Origin: an uncultured Verrucomicrobiae bacterium
GTDB taxonomy: Bacteria; Verrucomicrobiota; Verrucomicrobiia; Limisphaerales; JAFGQR01
NCBI GenBank assembly: GCA_963788655.1
Contig: CAWBHS010000057.1
Span: 288,001 to 352,000 of the forward strand
Direction: 5' to 3'
DNA length: 64,000 bases
The notes below the pieces were generated by a model. It was not told the DNA's origin and made no database searches. It saw only the letters and a list, made by a program, of their open reading frames with translations. Position 1 is the first letter of the stretch, and each line of letters begins with the position of its first letter. Shown in pieces: positions 43,466 through 55,800 of this stretch. A program made the position numbers and the translations under genes.

Positions 43466-44251
43466 ATGAACACTCTCGACCTCTTCAAACTTGACAGCCA
43501 GGTGGCAGTGGTGACGGGCGGCGCGCAGAACCTGGGGCGCCAGCACGCGCTCGCGCTGGCCGAGGCGGGCGCCGACGTGGCGATTTGCGATCTGGCGGAA
43601 GATGCCGGCCGCGTCACCGAAGCTGAACTCCAGGCGCTCGGTCGGCGCGCCTTTTTTGCGAGGGTGGATGTCACGCAAACCGAGCAAGTGGACGCCTTCA
43701 TCAGCCAGGTCGTCCAGCGCCTGGGCCCGATTGACATCCTGGTAAACAACGCGGCGGTTCCGTCCGAGGGAATCGCGCTGCACGACGTCAGCGACGACCA
43801 GTGGCGCCGGATCATCGATGTGAACCTGTCCAGCCTCTTCTACGTGGGCAAGCGGGTGGCGCGGCAGATGATCGAGCTCGGCCGAAGCGGGCGGATCATC
43901 AACATCGCTTCCATGAACGCGATAATCATTGGCAACCTCGCCCCGCGGCACAACGTCACTTACTGCGTTGCCAAAGCCGGCGTGGCGCACCTGACGCGCG
44001 GCATGGCCGCGGAGTGGGCGCCCTATGGCATTCGCGTCAACGCCCTCGCGCCCGGTTTCATCCATACGCAACAGACGGCCGCGAGCGCGAACATCCCGGA
44101 AATCCTGGAGCGAAACCTCGCCAACACCCCACTGAAGCGCTACGGGCGGATCGACGAATTGAAGGGGGCCATTGTTTTCCTCGCCTCCGAAGCATCCTCG
44201 TTTGCCACCGGCAGTGTGGTGACCTTGGACGGCGGCTTTACGGTTTGGTGA
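43466..44251 (+). CDS. SDR oxidoreductase (gluconate/polyol dehydrogenase-like)
   Basis: TGGAQNLG, NNAA, YCVAK, DGGFT. Confidence 0.92.
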   Translation: MNTLDLFKLDSQVAVVTGGAQNLGRQHALALAEAGADVAICDLAEDAGRVTEAELQALGRRAFFARVDVTQTEQVDAFISQVVQRLGPIDILVNNAAVPSEGIALHDVSDDQWRRIIDVNLSSLFYVGKRVARQMIELGRSGRIINIASMNAIIIGNLAPRHNVTYCVAKAGVAHLTRGMAAEWAPYGIRVNALAPGFIHTQQTAASANIPEILERNLANTPLKRYGRIDELKGAIVFLASEASSFATGSVVTLDGGFTVW

Positions 44252-44276
44252 GGCGAGATCTGAAACGTTTGATTGC

Positions 44277-46578
44277 ATGAACAAAACCACGACCTACCTG
44301 AGCGATGCGCGCCCTGCTTTCGTGCCGCATGAAATCGATTGCGGCAAGATTCCGGCGTATCGCTACCCAGGCACGTTGCAATCCGAACTCCGCGCGGGAA
44401 CCCTCACCCCTGCCGAGGCGGTGGCCTTGCTGGAGGACATGCTGGTCATCCGGGAACTCGAGGAGATGATCGTGAAGCTGCGTTCCGGCGCTTACGAACC
44501 ACTTCGGGGCTTCAACTATCGCGGCCCGACCCATGTTTCCGCGGGCCAGGAAGGCACGGCGGCCGGCGCGTGCGCGGCGCTGCAATGGACCGACAACATC
44601 ACCAGCACCCATCGCGGCCACGGGGAAAGCCTCGCCAAAGGGACGGTAGCCATCCGCCAAATGAGCGAGGAGCAGTTGCGTCGGCGTGTGCCCCAGTGTG
44701 ACTCCACCCAACGCGACGAACTGGTCGAGGCCGCCATCGAACAACACCTTTATCGCACAATGGGGGAGCTGTTCGGCAAAGACGACGGATACTGCCGCGG
44801 GCGCGGCGGCTCGATGCACATCGCCGATTTCACGGTCGGTCACCTGGGCGCCAATGCCATCGTCGGCGGCGGGGTGCCCATCGCCACGGGCGCGGCTTTG
44901 GCCAACCGCTACCTGGACCGGGACAGCGTGGTTTGTTGTTTTGCCGGGGACGGCGCTTTTGCCAACGGCGTGGTGCTGGAGTCGCTGAATTTCGCGGCCC
45001 AGGCGCAGTTCACCAATCATTTGTCGGTCGTTCGGAAAAGCGGTCTGCCCATCATCTTCCTGGTGTGCAACAATCACTATGGCATGACGCATCGGACCGA
45101 TGGCGAAGTCATGGGAATCCAGCACCTGGCCCGCCGGGCCGCCGGATTTGCCGACAACAACCTGCACGCCGAGATTGTCAACGGCATGAATGTGCTCGCG
45201 GTCCGCGACGCCGTGACGGCGCGGCCGGAACCTCTGCGGCGAAGGTCAAGGTCCGGTCTTTTTGGAGATGGACTGCTACCGTTACTGGGGCCATTCGTTG
45301 AGCGATCCGCGCCACGAATACCGCACCCGGGAAGAGGAAGCGGCGTGGAAAGCGATCGATCCTATCGCGGCATTCAAGCAGGAAATTGTGGACAACGGCT
45401 TGCTGGACGAGTCCGGTCTCGCTGCGTTGGAGAAGCGTGTCGCCGCGCGCAATGCCCGCGCCGCCCAACGCGCCGCCGCCGCGCCGGATCCCGCCGCCAA
45501 GGACGTGCTGACGTTCCTGTACACGGACACCGCCAGCGAAACAGTCCCAGCCGAGTTCGCCCAGGTTGAATTTTTCGGCCCGCTGCCGGAGGTCAAACGC
45601 CTGAACGGCGAACTCATTTACAAGGATGCCATCAAGGAAGCGCTGGCCCAGGAAATGGCGCGCGACCGGCGGGTGGTTCTTTACGGCGAAGACGTCGCCG
45701 ATTACGGCGGTGCTTTCAAGGTGACGAAAGGTTTGCTCGAAGCATTCGGTCGCGACCGGGTGTTCAACACCCCCATCAGCGAAGCCTGCATTTGCGGCAC
45801 CGCCTGCGGGGCAGCCATGAACGGGCTGCGGCCGGTGGTCGAGTTGATGTATTTTGACTTCGCCCTCATGTCCTCCGATCAGATCAGCAATCAGGCGGCA
45901 AAATGGCACTACATGAGCGGCGCGCAGACCGAGGTGCCGCTGGTCATTCGCTGTTCCGCCGGTGCCGGCAAAGGTTATGGCGGGCAGCATTCCCAGACGC
46001 TCGAATCCATGTTCTGCCACATCCCCGGGCTTTATGTCGTTTATCCCGCGACGCCGTACGACGCCAAGGGATTGCTCAAGGCGTCCATTCGCGACAATAA
46101 CCCGGTCCTGTTCGTCGAGTCTCAAGCGCTCTACGGAATGAAAGGGCCGGTGCCCGAAGACGACTATCGGGTTCCTCTCGGCGTCGCCGAGGTCAAGCGC
46201 GCGGGCACCGACATCACTCTGGTCGCCTGGGGCCCGGTCGTTCATGACTGCCTCAAAGCCGCCGAGCAACTGCGCGCCGATCGCGGGGTCAGCGCCGAAG
46301 TCATCGACCTGCGCAGCCTCGTGCCGCTCGATATCGAAACCGTGTTGTGCTCGGTGCGAAAAACCGGTCGCTGCGTGGTCGCCAGCCAAGCGATCCATAT
46401 CGGCAGCTATACCGGCGAGATTGCTTCCACCATTCAGGACGAAGCCTTTGACTACCTCGATGCCCCGGTGAAGCGAGTCGGCGCCAAAAACGGCATCGCG
46501 CCCCAGTCGCACATCCTCGAGGCGGCGTTCCTGCCGAACGTCAACGATATCCTCGCCGCCGCGCAAGCGATCCTTTGA
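44277..46578 (+). CDS. Fused E1 alpha/beta (module 2), frameshift near 45230
   Basis: HRGHG, GRGGSMH, GDG..CNN, NTPISE, QHSQ. Confidence 0.9.
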
Positions 46579-46586
46579 ATCCAGCC

Positions 46587-47945
46587 ATGGCCACGCCCAT
46601 CCTCATGCCCAAGTTCGGCCAGATGACCGAGGAAAGCGTCATCGTCGAGTGGCGCAAGCAGGAGGGCCAGCCGATTGCGAAGGGGGACATTCTCTTCACG
46701 GTCGAAACCGACAAGTCGGTCATGGACGTGGAGAGTTTCGATGAAGGCACTTTGCTGAAGATCGTCGTGCCGCCGGGTATCAGCGTTCCGGTCCAAAGCA
46801 CCGTCGGATTTCTCGGCAATCCGGGCGAGGCCGTTCCGGCGGCAACACTCACCGCTCCGGCGGTTCGCACGGAAGCTGCCGATCAGCCCATCGTCAATCC
46901 GGAACCAGTCTCGCAAACTGGTGCCTTCAAAAGCCCGACGGCGAATTTCCCGCCTGCGTCAAATCCGGCCCCGGCCCCGCAGCCGCCACCGGCTCCCCCC
47001 GCGCGTTTTTGCATCAGTCCGCGGGCCCTGGCGCTGGCCCGGAAATGCGCGATTGATCCGTCCGGCATTCCCGGTTCCGGTCCCGGCGGGCGCGTGGTGG
47101 AGAAAGATGTGACGGCTTACCTCGAGCAGCAGGGCTACCATCAACTGCGCATTTCGCCTGCCGCCAAACAACTCGCGGCCCAAGAGCGGATTGATATTTT
47201 GAAAGTTCAAGGAAGCGCGGAGGCCAGGACGATTACGGTGGCTGACATCCAGCGCGCCGGGGCGGAGAAGCCCCGACCCTTGAGCCGCATGCGGCAGGTG
47301 ATTGCCCAGCGCCTCACCCGGAGCGCCACTACCATTCCGCATTTCTTCGTCACCGTGGAAGTGGACATGACTGAATTGGCCGGTTGGCGTGCCCGGCTCA
47401 AAGCACAGGGCGCGTCTTTTACGATCATGGACTTTGTCTCGCAGGCGGTCGTGTTGTCGCTGAAAGAGTTTCCCGCCGTCAACAGCTCGACCGACGGCCG
47501 GAGCGTCCGCGGGAACAGCCACGTCCAACTTGGCCTGGCGGTTTCGCTGGAAGAAGGCCTGGTGGTGCCCGTGATCCGTGCCGCGGAAGAGCTGACGCTT
47601 GCCGAATTGAGCCGCCGCGCCCGCGAGCTCGCCGAGAGAGCCCGTGCCGGCACGCTGGCGCCGGACGAGATGGCGGGCAGCACGTTCACCATTTCGAACC
47701 TGGGCATGTTCAACGTCGAGAACTTCACCGCGATCATTAATCCCGGCGAAGCCGCGATCCTGGCCGTGGCCAGCATTCGCGATAAACCCGCGGTACGTGA
47801 AGGTCAGGTCGTCGTGCGCTCGCTTATGAAGATCACCTTGTCCTCCGACCACCGTCTGATTGACGGCGTGGTGGCGGCGCGGTTCGTCAATGCCATCAGA
47901 CAGAAACTGGAAGACCTCGAATTATGGAAGCGGTTGACGTCGTAA
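46587..47945 (+). CDS. Dihydrolipoamide acyltransferase E2 (module 2), two subunit-binding domains
   Basis: ETDKS lipoyl site, ISPRA../ISPAA.. repeats, DHRLIDG. Confidence 0.92.
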   Translation: MATPILMPKFGQMTEESVIVEWRKQEGQPIAKGDILFTVETDKSVMDVESFDEGTLLKIVVPPGISVPVQSTVGFLGNPGEAVPAATLTAPAVRTEAADQPIVNPEPVSQTGAFKSPTANFPPASNPAPAPQPPPAPPARFCISPRALALARKCAIDPSGIPGSGPGGRVVEKDVTAYLEQQGYHQLRISPAAKQLAAQERIDILKVQGSAEARTITVADIQRAGAEKPRPLSRMRQVIAQRLTRSATTIPHFFVTVEVDMTELAGWRARLKAQGASFTIMDFVSQAVVLSLKEFPAVNSSTDGRSVRGNSHVQLGLAVSLEEGLVVPVIRAAEELTLAELSRRARELAERARAGTLAPDEMAGSTFTISNLGMFNVENFTAIINPGEAAILAVASIRDKPAVREGQVVVRSLMKITLSSDHRLIDGVVAARFVNAIRQKLEDLELWKRLTS

Positions 47946-48125
47946 TCCGGATGGCAGCCGCTGACAGCCTGCCCGGCGAGCCTATTCATTCACTCCCCAC
48001 CGTGAGGCGATAGTGGCCCTGGCAGGGAAAAAACCGCAAACCTTGAACCGAATACCGGTGGTGCCAGCGGCCGGCTTGCGCTACAAACCAAGCTGCTTAC
48101 TGACTGGTAAAAACGTTATCGACCT

Positions 48126-50611
48126 ATGAATAAACGAACATTCAACTCCTTCACCCTCACTCTGGTCAGTGCCGCCTGCTGGTGGCCTGTCGCCGGGTGG
48201 TCCGTAGCCCCGACCGAATTCGAACTGGGCGAAGCCGCCCGCTGGGCCGCGGCTAAATTCGAGGCCGTGGCCGATACCGCCAAACCCAGTCCCGGCCTCT
48301 ACGTCCTCGCCAATAACGATCCGGTGCAACTCAATGCGCGGGCCGGCAAGCCCATGCGCATCGCGGACCAGTCCTACTCCCGCGGACTTTATTGTCACGC
48401 CATGAGCAAGGTCATCGTCCGCCTGCCGGGCCGCGGCGACGGAGTTCACGGCCATCGCCGGTGTGGATAGCAACGACAACACGAGCGGCGGACAAGGCAG
48501 CGTTCACTTCGCGGTGCAGGTGAACGGCCAGGAACGCTTCAAATCTCCCCTCTTGCGTGAAGGCATGGCCGGAGTGCCGGTCAAGGTGGATTTGGGCGGC
48601 GCCACGGAGTTCATCCTGCTGATCGATGACGGCGGCGATGGCATCAGTTGCGACCAGTCGGATTGGGCCGAAGCCCGGGTAAAGCTCGAGGACGGGCGCG
48701 CGTTCTGGCTGGCCGACCTGCCCCTCTCCGAAGGCGCTGGCCGCAAGCCGATCAGTGCGGACCCGCCGTTTGCCTTCACGTATAACTGGCAAGCCCTCCG
48801 CCGAACTGCTTAAGAACTGGAAGGTGGCGCGTTCCCGCCGCGACCTGGATGCCCAGCGTGTCGAGCACGTTCAGACCTACACCGACGCCGCCACCGGTCT
48901 GCAAGTGCGTTGTGTGGCGGTCGAATACCGGGATTTTCCGACCGTCGAGTGGACGGTCCATTTCAAGAACACCGGCCAGACGGATACACCAGTTCTGGCG
49001 GATGTCCAAGCGCTCGACACCCAATTCGACAGCGGCGGCAAAGGCGATTTCACCCTGCACCATCACAAGGGCACTTTTGTCCGCGTGGACGATTTCGAGC
49101 CGTTGACTACCCTGTTGAAGCCGAATCAGCAGGAGCGGTTTGCCCCGCCCGCCGGCCGCCCGTGCGGTCACGTCTGGCCCTATTTCAACCTCGAGTGGGC
49201 GGGACAGGGCGCGATCGTGGTCGTGGGCTGGCCCGGACAATGGGCGGCAACCTTTGCGCGCGATGCCGGCGTCAACCTGCACCTCACCGCCGGGCAGGAA
49301 CGCACTCATCTCCGGCTGCAGCCCGGCGAGGAAATCCGCACGCCCCTCATCGTGGTCCAGTTTTACCGCGGCGACTGGATGCGCGCCCAGAACGTCTGGC
49401 GCCGCTGGATGATCGCGCATAACATTCCGCTTTCCGGCGGCGAGAGTCCCAAACCGCTGTTGACGCCGTGCAGTTCGCATCAGTTTGGCGAAATGATCCA
49501 CGCCAACGAAACCAACCAGGAGTTTTTCATCCAGCGCTATCTGGACGAAAAGCTGAATCCCGATTACTGGTGGATGGATGCCGGCTGGTATGTCAACCAA
49601 TCCGGCTGGCCCAACACGGGCACATGGCTGGTGGACAGCAACCGCTTCCCGCACGGCTTGCGGGCCATCACCGACTACGGGCATGCCCGCGGGGTGAAAT
49701 CCATCGTCTGGTTCGAGCCGGAACGCGTGACCCCGGGCACCTGGTTGTTCGAGAAACACCCCGAGTGGCTGCTGAAAGGCACCCTCCTCAACCTGGGCAA
49801 TCCGGCGGCGCGTCATTGGCTCACCGATCACATCGACCAACTCCTCACCGAACAGGGCATCGATCTCTATCGTCAGGACTATAACATCGACCCGCTTGGT
49901 TTTTGGCGCAGCAACGACACCGCAGACCGCCAGGGCATCACCGAGAACCACTACGTCACCGGTTACTTGGCTTACTGGGACGATCTGCAACGCCGGCATC
50001 CGGGGATGCTGATCGACTCCTGCGCCTCGGGCGGCCACCGCAACGACCTCGAAACGATGCGCCGCGCGCTGCCGTTTCTGCGCAGCGATTTCATCCAGAA
50101 CGCCGTCGGCAACCAGGGCCACACCTACGGGCTATCGTTCTGGCTGCCGTATCATGGCACCGGCACGGACCAGGATGGCACCTATGATCTGCGTAGCGCG
50201 ATGGACTGCTCGCACTTCATCGCCTGCTGGGACATGCGCAACCGCAAGCTTGATTACAATCGCCTCCGCAAAATCGTCAACGACTGGCGGGGCTACGCGG
50301 ACAACTACTTCGGTGATTACTATCCGCTGACACCCTACACGACTTCGAACGACGCCTGGATGGCCTGGCAATTCGATCAACCCGAGCAAGGTCGCGGTCT
50401 TCTGCAAGCCTTTCGCCGCGCGACCAGCGTGTATGAATCCGCCCGTTTCAAACTGCGCGGACTCGAACCGGACGCGCGGTATGTGTTAACCAACCTCAAT
50501 TCCGGCAACGCGCAAACGCTCACTGGACGCGAATTGTCAGAACACGGGTTCTCCGTGGCCATCGAAGCCCAACCGGGTGACACGGTGATTACCTATACCA
50601 AGGCGAAGTGA
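48126..50611 (+). CDS. Secreted NPCBM + GH36-like alpha-galactosidase, frameshifted
   Basis: Signal peptide, RGLYCHA..DQSDWAEA NPCBM, MDAGWY, WFEPE, RQDYN, DSCASGG. Confidence 0.85.
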
Positions 50612-50658
50612 GCGCGTAAAAACCGGTTGATGGGTTCCGGCACCATTCTCCGACTCCC

Positions 50659-52837
50659 ATGGTTTGCGGACCTGATAAACGTCGATGGCGCCACGCCGGT
50701 CGCGGCCTAACACTGCAGCGACAGTTCCGGCGAATCGCGGCAGGAGCGCGGCGTTTACGCCGCTTGACCGTCCTATCCCGCAAGCCGCTGGTTGGCCTTG
50801 GGTGCTTGAAGCGGCCCAAAGGCCGCGCGCCTATCGGTGAAAGTGTCGCTGGAGTGCTAAGCCGTATCAACTCACTTCGCCCAAGCTGGTTGAGGGGGGT
50901 ATTCTATTTGGTGCTCGGTGCCGCCGGATTCGGCATCGGCTCGCTGATTGGCATCGCCGACCCCGTGCCGCCCGCAACACTACCAGAGCCGGGATTCTCA
51001 TTGGTCTGCGGGGGTGCGACGAACGCAGCGGCGTCAGACTGGATCGACCCGCACTCGGGGCTTATTGCGCGACACTTGGTCACCCGCTACGCGAATTTCA
51101 ACGCGGTCGAATGGCGATTGGAACTCGAACAAGCCGAGCCACGGCCCAGTCCTCCCATAGTGGAACAGGTCCAGGCGGGTGACTTTACGCTCCCCTGCCC
51201 GGTCGGCGAGCCGTTGACCTTGCATTGGTCGGAAGGCAGCCACGAAAGCGCCACGGATTTCCAGCCTCGGGAAACGTTGTTGCGGTTGGGCGCAACGAGC
51301 GAGTTCACCCCGCAGGAAGGCCGTTCTTCCGATGGGGTGATGCCGTATTTCAACCTCGCGCGTCACGCCGGGGGCGGCTGGATCGTGGCGGTAGGTTGGA
51401 CGGGGCAATGGCAGGCGAGATTTACGCGGGCTACCAATGGCCCCGTGCGGGTGCAGGTCGGACAGCAGCGCTTCCATGCGGTGCTCCGTCCCGGCGAACA
51501 CTTCCGCACACCCGCCGTGCTCGTCATGCCGTACCGAGGTGATTGGCTGGACGGGCAGAACCAGTTCCGGCGGCTCATGCTCGCCCGTTTTACTCCGCAC
51601 CCCGACGGAAAAGCGCCGGAGCTGCCAATCGCCGCGTCGGGTGCGACCATCGGCTTCAACAATTTTAGCGAATCCAACCAGCTTGCTGCCGTGGACAATG
51701 TCATTGCCAAGCACCTGCCCGTGGACACCTGGTGGATCGATGCCGGTTGGATGGAAGGCGGTTTTCCTATGGGCCAAGGCAACTTTGACCCGGACCCGCA
51801 GCGTTTTCCGCGCGGGCTGCGTCCGGTCGCCGATCGGGCGCACGCCGGTGGACTCCGGTTTCTGCTTTGGTTCGAACCGGAACGCGTTATGCCGGGGACC
51901 TGGCTGCGCCGGAATCACGAACCCTGGCTGCTGGTCCCGTCGGATCTCCCGGCCGAGCTCAAGTATCAGGACTCCTGGCGGCTGTTGAATCTGGGTGATC
52001 CGCAGGCGCTCGCCTGGCTGAAGGCGCACATCTCTCAACTCATTGACCGTTGGGGCATCGATGTGTATCGCCAGGACTGCAACCTCCATCCGGCCTGTTA
52101 TTGGCGAACCGGCGAACCGCCCAACCGCGTCGGTCTGACTGAGGCGCGCTACGTCGCGGGGCTCTACGACTTCTTGGACTTCCTGCTTCAGGAACATCCG
52201 CAACTGCTGATCGACAACTGCGCCAGCGGCGGGCGGCGTCTCGATTTTGAAATGATGCGCCGCAGCGTGGTCCTCTGGCGTTCCGACCATTGTTGGCAAC
52301 CAGAGGCCGACCAGGCCAAGACCTATGGCCTGTCCCTGTGGCTTCCCTTGCAGGGCCTCGGGTCCATCTCTGCTCAGCCCTATGTTTTTCGCAGCGGAAT
52401 GGGCAGTTGCGCGACCTACGCCTTTAACTTCTACTCCGAGAATGAGCCTTTCTGGAAACCGCTGGACCGGCTCATTCGAGAAGAAAAGCAGGTGCGGCAC
52501 CTGTTTGCGGGTGATTTCCATCCGCTCACTCCCTGGAGCACGAACCGGCAGGACTTCATTGCGTGGCAATTTCATCGCCCGGACCTGGGTGAAGGGTTGG
52601 TCCAGGCCTTTCGCCGCGACCAGTGCATTTATGAGGCCGCGCGCTTCAAGCTCGTTGGGCTCGATCCCATACCCGTTACGTCGTGACCGACCTGGATTCC
52701 AGCGAGGTGAAAACGCTCTCTGGCCGCGAACTGCTGGAAACCGGTCTGTCCATAGATCTCAAGCAAAAACCAGCAGCCGCACTGATAACGTATCGAAAGC
52801 GGGAGAGCCTAACCAAGTAATCAAAAACCAACTATGA
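50659..52837 (+). CDS. Second GH36-like alpha-galactosidase; start uncertain, frameshift near 52670
   Basis: IDAGW, WFEPE, RQDCN, DNCASGGRRLD. Confidence 0.85.
50711..50856. mobile_element. 146-bp MITE, copy 3, in frame within the GH36 5' region
   Basis: TIRs as in copies 1 and 2; CTAA on both flanks. Confidence 0.88.
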
Positions 52838-55800
52838 AGATTCGACATGTCTGTTCAGTGATAACGGGACTATGGCTGCTGAGCAGCGCCGGCACTGCTG
52901 AGGCCGCGCCTATTCTCGGCCAGGTGCTCTCGCTCGACAGCCCGGATCAATGGGTTTTGGCCGCCGACCCGGAAAATGTCGGCAAGCAGCAAGCGTGGTG
53001 GAGCCGCCCGCAAACCAACGCCAAACCGGTGCGAGTTCCCGGCATCATGCAGGAAACGCTGGGCGAATACCACGGCGTGGCCTGGTATTGGCGCCCGGTG
53101 AAGGTCCCGCGCAATCCGCATCCGGAGGGACGCTATATTCTGCGTTTCTGGAGCATCGATTACGCCATCGAGGTTTGGGTCAACGGTAAATTCGCTGGCA
53201 ATCACGAAGGCGTCGATACGATGGTCGAATTTGACGTGACTGAAGCGATCCGTCCGGAAGCGGACAACCTGGTGGCGGTGCGGGTGATCAATCCCAGCAA
53301 TACCCCGATCGACGGGTTTGCGATCCGCGCCTGTCCGGGGCGGAACAAGTCGGATCCATGGTCACCGGGGTCGTCCTACAACAGCGGCGGCATCCAGGAT
53401 TCCGTCGAGTTACTGCTCGCGGCGCCGGTGCGAATCGAATCGCTTTACCTCAAGCCCGATTGGCAGACCGGCGAGGTGGCGGCCAAGGTGAACGTGCGCA
53501 ACGCCACGGACCAGCCGGTGAAGGGAAACCTGACGCTGAGCGTCGCGCTGGCTGCCGGCGGGGAAACACTCGATCTCACCACCGACGGCCGCTGATCTCG
53601 CCCCAGGAGATACGCTGGTGAATGCCCACGTCCGCGTGCGCGACTTCCAACTGTGGGACCTCGATCATCCGGTGCTCTACCGCGTCACAGCGCGGGTGCG
53701 GCGTGAGGGAAGCGAGTCGATCGACGAGAAGTCTGCCACGTGCGGCTTCCGCGATTTCCGATTTGCGGATGGCTATTTCCGCCTGAACGGCAAACGGATT
53801 TTCCTCAAGAGCGCCCATTTTGGCGGAGAAGTGCCCCTGACCTACCTCGTGCCGCTCGATCCCGGGATGCTGCGGAAGGATTTTCTCAGCATGAAGCTCA
53901 TGGGCTTCAACATGGCCCGCTGCATCGCCGGACTGGGCCGGCGTTATATGATGGATCTGGCAGACGAGATCGGCTTCCTGGTGTATGACGAATCGTATGC
54001 CGCGTGGTGCGTCGCGCCCTCGCCGCAGATGGCCGCCCGTTGGGACCAGACCACGGCCGGCATGATCCGGCGCGACCGTAACCATCCCTCCGTCGTCATC
54101 TGGGGATTGTTGAACGAGACGGGCAACGGCCCGGTGTTCATGCACGCGGTGGATTCCCTCGATTTCGTGAAGCAACTCGACGACACCCGCGTCGTGATGC
54201 TCAACAGCGGGCGTTTCGACGGCATGATGCTGGAACGTTCCGATGCGCCGCAACAGGTATTGCCGCAAGCCTGGGTGCAGGGGCGGGCTTTCCAGGTGCC
54301 CTTTGTCGCGCGCAACAGTTCGGGCGCCGACATCAACTACGACGGCTCAACCTTTCCGGCGGGCGCCCTTGCGCTGCACGTGGGCATGAGCGGGGAGCCG
54401 GCGGTACTCCGCTTTACCGCCCCCACTGATGGCGAGTATCACGTAACGGCCCGCTTCCAAGGCATCGCGGGATCGGCAGCGGGCGGGCCGGCCACCACCG
54501 GCGCCGGATACGTGGTGGCGGGCGGAAAAACCGTGTTTTCGGACAAGATCAATTGTGACGGACGCCCAAACGAAGCGTCATACGAAGGCCGCGCGACGCT
54601 CAAAAAGGGCGAAGTGATCGATGTCGTCTCCGGCTCGGGCAACGCCACCTTTAACAGCGACACGATCCGCGTGGACCTAACGGTCGCAGGCCCGGATGGA
54701 GTCGCCCACAATGCCACCAAGGACTGGTCCATCACGAACCAGAATCCCAACGGACTCTGGTCCTACGGCTATATGCCTGCCGGCGTCGTGGACTCCGGCA
54801 GATTCATCCCGTTCGAGCAGACCTTTGACGGAGTGCGCCGGAGCATTGGCAGCTTGAGCAATCCCGGCTCGAACGAATGGGAGGATGTGCTGGCCGACAA
54901 GCATCCGTATCAGCCATGCCCGCACACCGCACCCGGTCATCCACACGCTGCGCACGATCGACGGCGGGGGCCGGCCGCTGTTCATTTCCGAGTACGGCTT
55001 TGGCAGTGCCAACAACCTGTTCCACTTGCGGGGGCATTACCAGCAAGCCGCCGCCGGATACGCGTATGATCGAAAAACGCTCGATGCGTTGTTCGGAAAA
55101 TTCTCCGACGATTGGAACCGCTGGCAACTCGCCGATACGTTCGGCAACATGGAGAATTACTTCCGCCGCTGTATCGCGATGGAAGCGCAAGGCCGGCTCC
55201 TGGGCACCAGTGCCATTCGCGCCAACTCGAACGTCGTCGCCCACAGCCTCACCGCCTGTCACGACACGGTGATGGCAGCGGAAGGACTCATCACTTCCTT
55301 CCGCGAGCCCAAGCCGGGCGTGTTCGACGCGATGTGGGACGCCTGGGCGCCGCTGCGTTTCAGCGTCTTCGTCGAGCCGGTCCAGGCCGTCCGCGGCGGC
55401 TCGGTACATGTCGAAGCCGTGTTGGTCAATGAGGATGCCCTCAAACCAGGCAAATATCCGGTGCGCGTGCAAGTGATGGGGCCGGCCGGTTACTTCGCAT
55501 TGGACACGTCCGCCTCGATCGAAATCCCCAAGACCCTGACCCGGCCGGAACCGCCGTTTGCGAAGCTGATCTTCGCCAAGGAGGTCAAGCTCGACGGACC
55601 CGCGGGCCGCTACAAACTGTTTGCGTTCTTTGCGAACGGGGCGGCGGCGGAAGGCGGCGAATACACCTTCTGGGTGGACGATCCGGCCGCGATGCCCCAG
55701 GTGGATACAACGGTGACGCTGTGGGGAGAAGATAAGGGACTGGCGCGCTGGTTGACCGCAAAAGGAATCAAAACCCAACCCTTCGGCCCCGTCGCAGTTC

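Noticed and set aside
48105..48122. LacI-type operator upstream of GH36
   Set aside because: Only a short AACGTT palindrome and no LacI gene nearby.
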